DNA of 64,000 nucleotides from Sporopachydermia quercuum (taxonomy: Eukaryota). The notes below the pieces were generated by a model, which was not told the origin of the DNA, did not search any database, and saw only the letters and a program-made list of their open reading frames with translations. Shown here piece by piece: positions 1 through 11,136 of the stretch. The stretch spans positions 186,001 to 250,000 of the forward strand of contig BCGN01000005.1 in the NCBI GenBank assembly GCA_001599295.1. The letters run 5' to 3'. A program made the translations under genes and the position numbers. Numbering within the stretch: the stretch's first letter is position 1; each line of letters begins with the position of its first letter.

Positions 1-856
1 AGTGTACCAATCAAAAAATGATTCCTTCTTTCTCATAATAATTATGAATCAATGTCTAGCTCATCGAAGATGCACCGTATCCAGGAAGGAATCTAGTAAT
101 CATTGCACCATCAATCTCAGCAAAATTGTCATGAACCACTATGATTCACAGGAATCTTAAAAAGATGTAGGATAAAGTTAAAGTTAAAGTGAAGTTTGTT
201 GTCACAATTAGCCTAACAATTTGATAAACCTTATTCATAATACTTACGTTAAACACGAATTAAAGTTGGAGAAGTGTAATAAGGGTCTTCACTAATTTGA
301 TCCTGCTCGTAAGTCTTACAAAACAACTTGTTATGTAACGAGGTTTTCGATGTCTCGGTCCATCGATAAATAAATAAATAGAGGATTCAGGTAAAAAAGG
401 AGGACATACGATTCAGGAGCCGTTTTTTAATACTCTACTAAAAGTAAATGATTAGGAACCGAAAGTGAAATCGATGAAAAATATAGCTAACNCAGTTGAA
501 TCTATCAGTAGGATAAACCAACCATCACAGCGAACACTTTATAGTCCACAAGCTTACTAATGAATTTCGAATAGAAATATTCTCACAACCTCAACAACAA
601 GTCAGAACTGATATAGGGCATGTGGCAAATCCATCTATACTCAAGCAATGCCAATCATTTACGATAAACATCAACATGTAGAATTACCACTTATCTCTAT
701 TACGTTACAAAAGTTTCCGCTATATAACATAAAGCACTTGCTTGTATTCTTAAAAACAAGAGATTCCAAATAACAAAACTATGAGTCGAGGTGCTGTAAA
801 CAACGAGCTTATACCCAATCGGAACAATTACATATGTATTGAATTTATCACCATTT

Positions 857-1843
857 TCAGTAGACGAATGGGATATAAATATATCTATCCTTAGGATAAG
901 CATCGCCAAACTGTCTGATGTAATTAGAATGTTTCTTTTCGGCCCAGAAAAACATTTGGGTGGTTGAAACAGCAAAAAATAAGAAAGCTGACCAATTTCC
1001 AACAAACAAACTGAACGCTAACCAAGAAAGAGATTCGAATACATAGTTAGGACAAGAGAACAATGAAAATCCATAACCATAAGGAATCTTTCTTTCCTTA
1101 GAGCCATCCTTTCTCAATCCTGCAAGATTCAAATGAGTTATTAAGTTAGATACTTCTGCAAAAAAGAAAAGGTAAAGCAAAACGCGAGCATTAAACACTG
1201 TTTTGTAGTCAAAAGTAAAGAAAATAAGGCTTCCGTAACCACCAAAAGAATTCTTTAAAGAATCAGGTAACTCACTAGGTGCAGGTGCGTAAATGAAAAA
1301 CGATAACAAGACACCAGACAAAATCCAGTAATGGAATGAGTTTTTGAATACATTGAACAAAGGCATCGTACTTAAAGAGAACTTATGAACAAATAGAGTC
1401 TCAAATTCTCTTTTGAGGAAATGCAAGAGCACTAATACTAAAGCAGCTATTTGAGTATGAGTTTTTCTATAAGGATCAATTCCAAGAATCTTATACTCAT
1501 AGAAGAATAATAATGGATGAATAAACAAAGGTCCAAAGTATTCAATCAAAAACACAGTTCTCCAGCCAATTTGAGGACCCAAATCCTTAACGAGAATCTC
1601 GACCGATGATACTTTTTTACCTCCTAAATAACTTCCAATTGTCCTATCATCATTTTGCAAAACAATGGTTCCATCAGCAATTGCCTTATCCTTANCTGTC
1701 AATCTTATTCTGTTGATGTCAAGTTTAGCTTGCTTAGCGATCAATGAACGAAGGGCACCAACAGAGTCTTCTAATCCTAGATCCACAGTGGTTTTAGCCA
1801 AGTTCACTGACTTTGACCGTGACTTTAGTATAATTTCTGGCAT
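857..1843 (-). CDS. TSC13: Very-long-chain enoyl-CoA reductase
   Basis: Ubiquitin-like N-terminus, then VKDLGPQIGWRTVFLIEYFGP, HFLKREFETLFVHKFS, KNSFHYW, SCPNY; steroid-5-alpha-reductase-like membrane domain; intronless. Confidence 0.95.
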   Translation of the reverse strand: MPEIILKSRSKSVNLAKTTVDLGLEDSVGALRSLIAKQAKLDINRIRLTXKDKAIADGTIVLQNDDRTIGSYLGGKKVSSVEILVKDLGPQIGWRTVFLIEYFGPLFIHPLLFFYEYKILGIDPYRKTHTQIAALVLVLLHFLKREFETLFVHKFSLSTMPLFNVFKNSFHYWILSGVLLSFFIYAPAPSELPDSLKNSFGGYGSLIFFTFDYKTVFNARVLLYLFFFAEVSNLITHLNLAGLRKDGSKERKIPYGYGFSLFSCPNYVFESLSWLAFSLFVGNWSAFLFFAVSTTQMFFWAEKKHSNYIRQFGDAYPKDRYIYIPFVY

Positions 1844-2714
1844 CGTAGTTATTTATCACTACTTCTTACACTTTAACCCCGTTGTGCTTCGTTAGTTATC
1901 GTGCCTGTATGATAATTCAGAGGTAAGAAGTAGTCACAAGAAGTGAAAAAAATAATGACCCAACATACCTTCTAATCCTTTTGTGTTTAGACGTAAAAAC
2001 TATAAATTTCAACTGTTCGAGCAACGATTGGTTGTAGATAATCAATAGTTCTACAATCGTCACAAAATATGTGACTCTCAAGAGAAACGAACAACGGAAC
2101 TATAAGAATAATGATGGATACCCATTCCAGATTGTTTTTTGCCATTACTTCGTAATTGAACAAACTGATGATCAGTTTGGAGTTTGACGGAATCACGTGA
2201 AACAAGTGATTTGATTTTGTTTGATGAGATAATCATAAATACTTAACTCCCAACTCAGGAAGCTCAGGCAGTCCCTTCCTTGGAAGAAAAGGGTCTCCTA
2301 AATGAGAGTGTTGGATGTCGTGACAATTCAAGAGAGACTGAGGAAAGAACAATTACTACTAAACCGTAACATTTATTATCAAGTACCTTCTTTATGTTAG
2401 ACATTGATAGTGAACTTACTGCCTGAAAGTGAAATATCTTTATTATGGTATTTAATATTAGTAAAGTTTTAAGGATTACGATAGTCGGGTGTCAATAAAG
2501 GATTGAGTTGTACTGCGGTAAATATCAGTCAGCAATTGGCGCAGGGAGTTTGTTTTTTGTCTGAAAGTTTTATCTGACACATAAAAGATTGAAGTATTGA
2601 ATGTATATCCAGCATTCTTGTTAGACATTGTATCCTCCTGATCAAAGAAAGGATCTTATATTACAAAGATTACGGAGAGAGCCTATTCATATCACAGACA
2701 ATAATATTAACAAG

Positions 2715-3158
2715 ATGAAACTTGTGAGGTAAGTATTTAGTTTGTGCGAGCATTACACTTTTTTCCTCGTTGTCTCAGCGTGTTCTGTTCTGTTGGTTCC
2801 TTATCTAACGTGTCTATTTTATCATAGATTTCTTATGAAATTACAGTCAGAGACTGTTCAAATTGAGCTGAAAAATGGAACAGTGGTATCAGGTACAATT
2901 GTGTCGGTATCACCTACTATGAATACAACATTGAAAAATGTAAAAATGACGATAAAGAACAGAGAACCTGTGAGGCTGGATTATATTAATATTCGAGGAA
3001 ATACGATACGGTTTTACATTTTACCAGATTCTTTGCCATTAGATACACTACTTATTGATGATACACCAAAACCGAAGACAAGGAAACCAGGAATCAGAGC
3101 ATCCACTAGAGCTAGAGGTGCTAAGGCTCCAAGAGGCGGTAGAGCAAGAGGCTTTTGA
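2715..3158 (+). CDS. SMD1: snRNP core protein Sm D1; exons 2715-2728, 2828-3158
   Basis: Splicing intron 2729-2827 (GTAAGT..TCTAAC..TAG) gives [38 protein letters not shown] with an RG-rich tail. Confidence 0.96.
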
Positions 3159-3319
3159 AGACAATGGCAAATTGTTTTCGTTGAAACTATTAAATCAAAA
3201 AATAGATTATACATACGCTTGATAATTTTGTAATATATGTGTATATGTGTATTATTTCGTTACGTTATCTATATAAGAGTAGATCTATAGTACAGTTTAG
3301 GATAATATTCTAATAAATG

Positions 3320-4228
3320 CTAATCATAATCATCGTAGTCGGACTCTTCTTCTTCTGCGGCTTCTTCCTCTTTATCATCCTTACGTTTACTTTGATTCTC
3401 ATCACCTTGATCCTCATAGTAACTACCTTCATTTGAAGTAATACCGGCTTCCTTCTCTTCTTCGCTTCCCTCTAATTCACTAACCAGGCCGCTTGCTCTA
3501 GGGGCTAGATTTTGCGTATCTTCCAGGACGATTCTACTGGTAAGACGCGGTAANAGAATCTCACAAACTCGTTCCTTCGACAAAAGATCATCAATGAATT
3601 CGTCCATATATGTCAATCTCATAACACCATCAGGGTTTCTAAACCTGAGCTTCCTATAATCATTGTATAGAGGCTCCAAAAGCTCATAAACCTCTTTAGC
3701 AGGAAATGTCAATCTTATGTAAAATGAAGCCACGGCTGTCACATATTTGAACCCATACTGATTGTTGAAAAGTTCTAGTATTATATCTTTACTTGGTTGG
3801 ATTTGTAGTAGTCGTAGAATGAAACATAGAAACGGAGATGGCTTAACTCCCATTGCCATTGAACCTATGTATTTTAGTTTCACCATCTGCTTCAATAATT
3901 CAGCAACTAGCGGGTTTTGTTAGAATCGTTAACTTCAAATGTGGCAACAATTAGATATACTAATACAAAGGAAACCTATCGTTACTATCGTTGATAACTA
4001 ACCATTCCGATGTTCACAGTACATATTGAAGTACAGTGAACTGAACACTTTCTCTCTTGTGATCTTCTCAAACAACAAAACAGGATTGATCCCGTGTATA
4101 GTTCCTTTCACTTTAGAGAGACCTAAAACATTTAGAAATGTTAGAACTAATAGCATAAACAATAGAACATTCATTCAATCTTTCATACCTCTATCTACAA
4201 TAATTCCTTTATCTGCTTGCTCTGACAT
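3320..4228 (-). CDS. PRP38: Pre-mRNA splicing factor Prp38; introns 4123-4188 and 3907-4002
   Basis: Spliced frame IHGINPVLLFEKITREKV..KPSPFLCFILRLLQIQP..FKYVTAVASFYIRL..LEPLYNDYRKLR..YMDEFIDDLL; donors GTATGA and GTTAGT; syntenic with SMD1. Confidence 0.93.
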
Positions 4229-4872
4229 CTTGAATGCTGTATCAACTAATGACTGCCCAATACTGGTTGTGCATCTGACAGCTCAACTCATAAGATAATA
4301 TGAATTTGAATGACGACTATCAAACTCCAAATGGTTGCTATTAGTGGGCAGAAAAAACAAAAGGGCTTTTGAAAATGCAATGGAAGGGAGTAAGAAAACA
4401 GACATGAATACTAAATTCACGCTGTCCGGTAAGATGATTCAGTGGGTTAGGCTTTGTCACAAGTAAAATTATAGTGATTTAGCAAACTAAACGCGACTAC
4501 TCGGACAAGCTTATCTAAACGCTTTATTAGAGATTTATTAGGGATAGCAAAGGTATAGACTAATAGAATAAATACATTANTCTTATATCGTTTTTCAATA
4601 ATAACAGAACTAAAAACTGCTTTTAGTAATATATACACAGTAGATCTGATAATATAGACCTTCAGTTCCTAAATCTATAAAATCTAACAGCGAATTTACG
4701 AAAAACAAAATAATTCTATAACCATCAGATTCATTCAACTGGGAAAGCTTTGATTTTAAACTAATTCGGTAAACATATATACAAAGAGATTCTTTTCAAA
4801 CTAGCCTGAAAAGACAAATAAANTTGTGGAAATCCAAAGAGATTTGAAGAAGGTGTGATAATGCTAAACTGC

Positions 4873-5442
4873 TTAATACCATCTCTTCTGTTCTTGACGT
4901 TTTTTCTCCAGTCTTTTCAAGTAACGAGGCTAAAAACAGAATTGTTAGTATAGATAGATATACATGGATTCAACAAAGAAAAGAAACTTTTGGTAATAAT
5001 TCCTACTTACTCCCTTATATTCAGCAATGATTTCATCAGCTTTAGCAACAGCATCGGTAATCTCTTTCCGTCTTTCTTCCCTTCTATTTTCATGCTTATG
5101 TCCCTTATATCTAGTAGCACCTTTCATCAAAGTCTTATTCGCGAATTTCTCTTCGTAGAACAACTTATTGTTTTGTAGTTTTGGCATCAAATCTGCGATA
5201 CCATATCTGAATGCCAACTTGAAAAGATCACTCTGCCTCCTCAATGAGTAAATTGGATCATGTCGTACTTTCGTTACTGGATGGATGTTCGGTTGGAAAG
5301 GATTGGCATCTGGTGCATCTTTCATTGTTGGTTTATCTGCATATGTCCTAAATGGTGGAGGAGGATACAGTTTGAAAAACATCTGTAACTTTTTTGGTAA
5401 CTGTCTGAAAGCCTTCACAGCTTCCGAAGGTGCTCCACTCAT
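4873..5442 (-). CDS. MRPL25: Mitochondrial large-subunit ribosomal protein mL59; intron 4930-5010
   Basis: LPKKLQMFFKLYPP, NPFQP, YSLRRQSDLFKLA, KGHKHE; GTAAGT..TACTAAC..TAG intron adds the C-terminus PRYLKRLEKKRQEQKRWY. Confidence 0.92.
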
Positions 5443-6397
5443 CTTTAGTTTGATTTCAATTTCACAGTCGGTAGTTCTGTGATGATGTAGTATCAGGTTC
5501 TTCTTCACTATGCTTCATGTATGGTATGACAGAAAATTGAGAGCTATCGATGCTTCATAACCAAAAGAAAGAAGATAAACACTTATAGTGCAGTCCTAAC
5601 TCAATAGTTATCTACTCAGTTACAGCGTTGAGCCNTCACTCACAATAGCTACCAGTCAGTAGTTAGATAAGTTTGAACTATTTACCTTCATTAGATCTTT
5701 CATAGTTGAAATTTTCACTTGGAATGCACCCAGTCATCTAGAGAAGAACAGGGTCTCAAGTGAGAGAAAGAAGGTTTGAACCTTTATGTAACATAATGCA
5801 TAAATCTGCATAGTATTATTTGACATAGCAAGTGAGATACTCCTGGTATATTGTGCTTGGTGGTTCTAAGACAAAAAGATATTAATTCAATTCTTTTCTA
5901 AAACTTACACATAAATTTAGATGATCAGTTACATTCTAATTTTANGAAAGAATTCTGTTGTACTCTCATCCTAGGTTTTCCTATTCCTACCTCTCTTTTT
6001 CACCCCGCATAATTATACATTAACCTTACCACTTGCAACTCTCTGTGTGGTTATCAATAAACTACTACTGATCAGTCAAGTGCCTGATGTTATCTTCTAC
6101 TCAATTGTTTTGTAACGATTATGTGACCCTTTGGCTCATACTTATTTATACTGGTATTAAACTAAAATCTGGGCTCTTTTAGGTCAGTATCTTAGTCTAT
6201 AGTGAGATCTCAAGTGCCATTGATGGTTCTCTTGCCAATAAGCAGAAGTCACTCCAATCTAATCTTCCTTATCTCAACTAGCTCATCAAAAGCAATAGGA
6301 TAGTATACCTAGTTCTTATTGTATATATCATCAACAGTTGAAAATCACTGGTCCATTATTTAACATCGATTAGGTCTAACGCTATAAATATCACACT

Positions 6398-7237
6398 ATG
6401 AACAACACGCCTTTTGCTCCTAATAGTAGGAGTAGAAATTCATATGGATTGAATTTAGATGAAGAAGTGCATTTATACAACACTATTAAACAAAGAGAAC
6501 TATACGAATCACTAGCAGAGATCTATAGTATAATAACAGCACTAGACTTTCTGGAGAAAGCATTTGTGAGGGACTCTGTCAATCATGATGAGTATACAAG
6601 TGTCTGTTTACGATTGATCGGACAGTATAATACTATTCTTAAGAATGAAGATGTAATGAGAGAATTCGAGAGTCTGGATAAGTTTAAAGAGAAATATAAT
6701 GTATGTATTTGCTATTAAGATAAGCTAACATGGCAAGCTTTTTCTTCTAATAAATGATACTAACAATCTATCCAGGTCGATTACCCATCTGCCTTATCGC
6801 GACTGAAAATAGCAGTACCAGCAACAGTAGAACACTCTGTTACTCTTCCGAATACCAATTCGTCTACGTCAATGATAAATATGTCAAATAGCGGTAGTGG
6901 GAATACACCAAGAGCTGGAGGTGCCTCTGCTAGAGCTGTGGCAGAAGCTACTGGAAATTTTATCACGTGCATGGATGGGTTGAGATTGAATTACAAAGCA
7001 AAAGATCAGCTCCACCCGTTATTATCAGAATTAATTCAGAGTCTGAACAAAATTCCTGCCTTGGTTCAGAATTCTAATGATACATCCGAGTTTAATAAGT
7101 ACAGGGCGAAGCTGGTTCAATGGTTGATCAAACTCAATGGAATGAAAATCAATGAAGAACTACAGGATGAGGATTCTCGGCAGTTATTGTTCGACCTGGA
7201 CATGGCATATAAGGAGTTCTATACAATGTTGGAATGA
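6398..7237 (+). CDS. VPS28: ESCRT-I subunit Vps28; intron 6701-6775
   Basis: ESLAEIYSII..LEKAF..RLIGQY, then VAEATGNFITCMDGLRLNYKAKDQLHPLLSEL..RQLLFDL; GTATGT..TACTAAC..CAG intron joins the two ORFs in frame. Confidence 0.96.
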
Positions 7238-7510
7238 AAAGGAGTAGTTAATGAAACGTTACGTATCTATGTATGCTTGTGAGCTTGACTTGTATAATAA
7301 TATGACAATCATCCATAGGCTTTTTGAGGGTAATTAGAATAGTAGGAAAATTTAACTAGACCTATGGCAATGCTACATGCATCGAGCACAATATAACTAC
7401 CAACGTCATTTACAGTTTTCATATATAAAACACGTTCAATGTATTATAACTCATATTAATATTATGCTTGCTCTGATGCTATTATATATCGTTGACCGAA
7501 AAAGACTTAA

Positions 7511-8404
7511 CTAGATGATTTGTTCCATTTCTCTGGCATAGCCCAAAGAATGGAATATCAACTTTTCTGGTTCCGACAATACAGCTTCTTTCTCTCCAGA
7601 GATACCAGTATTGCCATCAGTATCAACATCCATCACATCGTCAGGATCATGTTCTTCTAGTTTCTCTAAATCGAAATGAACCTGTCCATCATCCTTAATA
7701 ATCCATCCAGGGCGTGAATTAATAAACTCAATCACATTCGAATCGTTTGGTAAAAATAATAAAGATCTGACATTAGGGATAGGTAGAACTTTGTATGATC
7801 TACAAATACAATTAGCTATTTCTTCCCTCAAAGTATCAATAAGAGTATCAGAGAAAATTGTAAACTCTTTACATTGTTGACTAGAATTCTTGATGACTTT
7901 CCACACTCTATCATAAGATCCTTCCATTAATAAACTTTCTAGTTGAATTGGATATCCCAGAAACTCATTGCTTTCTATATCAGTAATTGAATAAACATTA
8001 GCCATCGATTCTAACTCAGAATGGAAGTTAGCAATCTCGTTTCTTGATAACAATAACAATAAGTAAAGAGCCAGGACCTTATCTCTCGAATCAACTTCTT
8101 CCTTTGATTCGTATTTGTAGTTGTGAATATATTCTAAGTTATAGAAGACTTTGAGTTGGGCAACATAATTAGAAAACAGATCTAGGTCATTTCCATTAAT
8201 TGCTGATATAGCACCAATTTCATTAATTTTCTTCACAATCTTGAAGTCGTTCTCACTGAATTTAGAAACATTTGATGGTAGCGGCAGTAGTAAATCATTC
8301 TTCACAAGTTCAATCTTGATCAACGGAAGTAGCTTCAAACTTTTAGCATAATCTCCACTATTAAACTCTTTCACTAAATTATCATATAGTTCTTTTAGCG
8401 ACAT
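7511..8404 (-). CDS. RPN12: 26S proteasome lid subunit Rpn12
   Basis: LYLLLLLSRNEIANFHSELE, YPIQLESLLMEGSY, TLREEIA, C-terminal LGYAREMEQII. Confidence 0.93.
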   Translation of the reverse strand: MSLKELYDNLVKEFNSGDYAKSLKLLPLIKIELVKNDLLLPLPSNVSKFSENDFKIVKKINEIGAISAINGNDLDLFSNYVAQLKVFYNLEYIHNYKYESKEEVDSRDKVLALYLLLLLSRNEIANFHSELESMANVYSITDIESNEFLGYPIQLESLLMEGSYDRVWKVIKNSSQQCKEFTIFSDTLIDTLREEIANCICRSYKVLPIPNVRSLLFLPNDSNVIEFINSRPGWIIKDDGQVHFDLEKLEEHDPDDVMDVDTDGNTGISGEKEAVLSEPEKLIFHSLGYAREMEQII

Positions 8405-8647
8405 AGTTGATTTGATTGTATGTTTATATCTATAACTAATTGATCAATCGTTCAGTTACCTATACACTCAATCGATACAGGCTAACTATGAATCGCAACG
8501 AACAAGAAAGACGCAATGTAGTCAACGAATTTGTGATTAAAAACCAAATACGGAAGTATATGAGAAACACCTTCAGCACTATCGATAAGACTGCTTCAAA
8601 ATATATATGTTCATACTATCGATTAGTTACGCTGTTTTAACCACTCT

Positions 8648-8656
8648 GATGGCAAA
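8648..8656. promoter_or_regulatory. Possible Rpn4/PACE-like element upstream of RPN12
   Basis: GATGGCAAA, one mismatch from GGTGGCAAA, about 245 bp upstream of a proteasome gene. Confidence 0.35.
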
Positions 8657-9051
8657 CCTACCAGAAGTGTATAGCACCACACCCTGTACACATTACCATT
8701 CACTGAATGTCACTTGAAGCTAAGAGGAGATGTACAGTGCATTTAGTATACTAATTGTTGATGACATAAGTATTAAATATTGGTTTATGGGTGGATACTC
8801 TGAGGGGTTGGCAGTCAAGACTGNTTGCGATGTCTCCTGATATGGGACAAAAGTATTTTCACTATTAAAGGAAGGAAGAGTGAAAAATGACATGTGATAG
8901 AAAGGATGGAGAACTAGCTATTGTTGTGTTATTGAAACGAGGTAAAGAAAAAGAGAGGAAATGAAGACGTTTTGATTGAAATATGCACTTTTTGATTGCA
9001 TGGTGTAGTTAGTATTAATAGAGAGGAAGCGTGGATGGTCTTAGTACGAAG

Positions 9052-10898
9052 ATGAACAAGATGCTCAACAAACTCATAGCTATCGTGGGTACTACAGGTG
9101 TAGGAAAGTCTCAGGTATGTTTGGTCATACTGGTGCCTATTGGCTTGAATTATGCATTTTGGTCTGAAAAAAAAAAAACTCAATGTCTTGTTACCCTTGA
9201 TATTTTTGTTATTGCAGAACTTTTATTAACTATTTTTGTTTTACAAATTATTAGCTAAGCATTGAACTAGCAAAAGCTATCAATGGGGAAATCATAAATG
9301 CAGATTCCATGCAGATTTATAAAGGTTTGGACATGATAACCAATAAACATCCCATTGAAGAGAGAGAAGGAATTCCTCATCATTTACTTGGTCATGTCCC
9401 TTGGGATGAAGAGTATTATGTTCATAGGTTTCAACAGGAAGCTTTGGAAGTGGTAAGTCAAGATTGAAACATAATGATTGTTGATCTTGATCAATAGAAG
9501 ATTATGTGGTCTCTTTACCGTCTATTATTTCCTATCAGAATTCACACTCTAACACTAGAATCTATAGATAAATGATATTCATGCAAGAGGGAAGATTCCA
9601 ATTTTGATTGGTGGAACTCACTATTATATTGAATCATTATTATTTACAAATAAAACTATCGATTCAAGTGTTGACGACGAACCACTATCACCTGACAGAG
9701 GTAGAGCAAAGTCACCAAACATTTCCAATGACCCACGGTCAAATTCTCCATCAAAATCATCGCCAAAATCACCACCTAGAAAATTTACCTATAATCAACA
9801 AAAAATCCTTGATTCCTCGCCAAGGGAAGTTTTCCGTTACCTACAGAAAGTTGATCCTTTGATTGCTCAGAAGTTTCACCCAAATAACGATAGACGAGTT
9901 AGAAGGGCACTGGAAGTGTACTTTAGAACGAACAAAAAGCCATCGGACATTTATAAAGAACAAAGCAAAGCCAAACTCGAAGATACACTAAAATTTGATC
10001 CTTTGATATTATGGGTCTGGTGTGATCAACAAATCCTTGATCCTAGATTGGATGGTAGAGTTGATAAAATGTTGGATAATGGACTATATAAAGAAGTTGA
10101 ACAAATTCATTCCTATTTCACACATCATAAATCTCAGCCAAAACTAGACTCTGGTATTTTCCAAGTGATTGGTTATCGGCAGTTTATTCCGTGGCTCAAC
10201 ACACTCAGCTCAGATACTTCTGTTGAGCTGCAAGCTAAAACACCAAGTACACTTCTTGACAGTTGCATAGATATGATGAAAGTTGATACTAGGAAATATG
10301 CCAGGAAGCAAACAAAATGGATTAAGAACAAACTGATAAAGGATATTCAAGGAGACGAGGAAAATAACATGACTAGAATGTTTGCACTTGATGCAACAGA
10401 TTTAACCAAATGGAGGAAAAACGTCTTTGAAAGAGGTTTAACAATTGCCAAAGGTATGTATTGAATGTTGAGAGAAATGTTGACTGATTTTAGGCTCTGA
10501 ATATGTTTTAGTATTATCGGAGCCACTGTTATAGTCATTACCATAACCTTGGTTATCTATTTTGACTAATCAAATTATTAACTGTTCTTAAACTAGAATT
10601 TGTCTCTGATCGAGAATATACCGTTTCTCCTACTCCAGAAGGACATGGAGATTTGTTGCATATACCTACAAGAAAAGCAGACCCAGCAGACCCAGCTAAT
10701 TGGAGCCATCATGAGTGTGATGTATGCAAAAATCCTGATGGTACACCTTACGTATGTGTGGGTAAAGAAAGTTGGCCTCATCATGTAAATGGACGTAAGC
10801 ATAAACGAGTACTTCAAGGTATTGCTAAACGAAAAGCGTATGAAAAGTGGTTGAGGAACCAAGGAAAAGATATAAAAGAGCAAGAGAGGAGTATATAA
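9052..10898 (+). CDS. MOD5: tRNA dimethylallyltransferase; introns 9115-9254, 9453-9567, 10454-10596
   Basis: [10 protein letters not shown]-loop, [49 protein letters not shown]-terminal C2H2 finger CDVC..HVNGRKH; start could be 9052 or 9061. Confidence 0.95.
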
Positions 10899-11010
10899 AG
10901 ATGTACGTAAGTATGAATGAAAATATGTATGATTTACTTTGAAGTTCATATACTGGTACATTATAGACGTATGGATATCATAGCAACATACATAGTTGCC
11001 TACTACCATC

Positions 11011-11063
11011 ATTATCCTATTATGATTATCCTATTATGATTATCCTATTATGATTATCCTATT
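11011..11063. repeat. 14-bp tandem repeat ATTATCCTATTATG, about 3.8 copies
   Basis: Read directly; lies between the convergent 3' ends of MOD5 and RIM20. Confidence 0.9.
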
Positions 11064-11136
11064 CTCATTCTCCTATTCGAAATCCCCATGCTCATTGGTA
11101 TCATTGTAACAATACAGCACCCACCTTATCATACTA

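Noticed and set aside
1..850. Possible gene at the window start
   Set aside because: Only short frames and no coherent splice pattern; ORF 700-1005 overlaps the TSC13 end in another frame
2866..2880. CUG reassignment to Ser or Ala
   Set aside because: CTG encodes the conserved Leu of Sm D1 ELKNG and of several other genes
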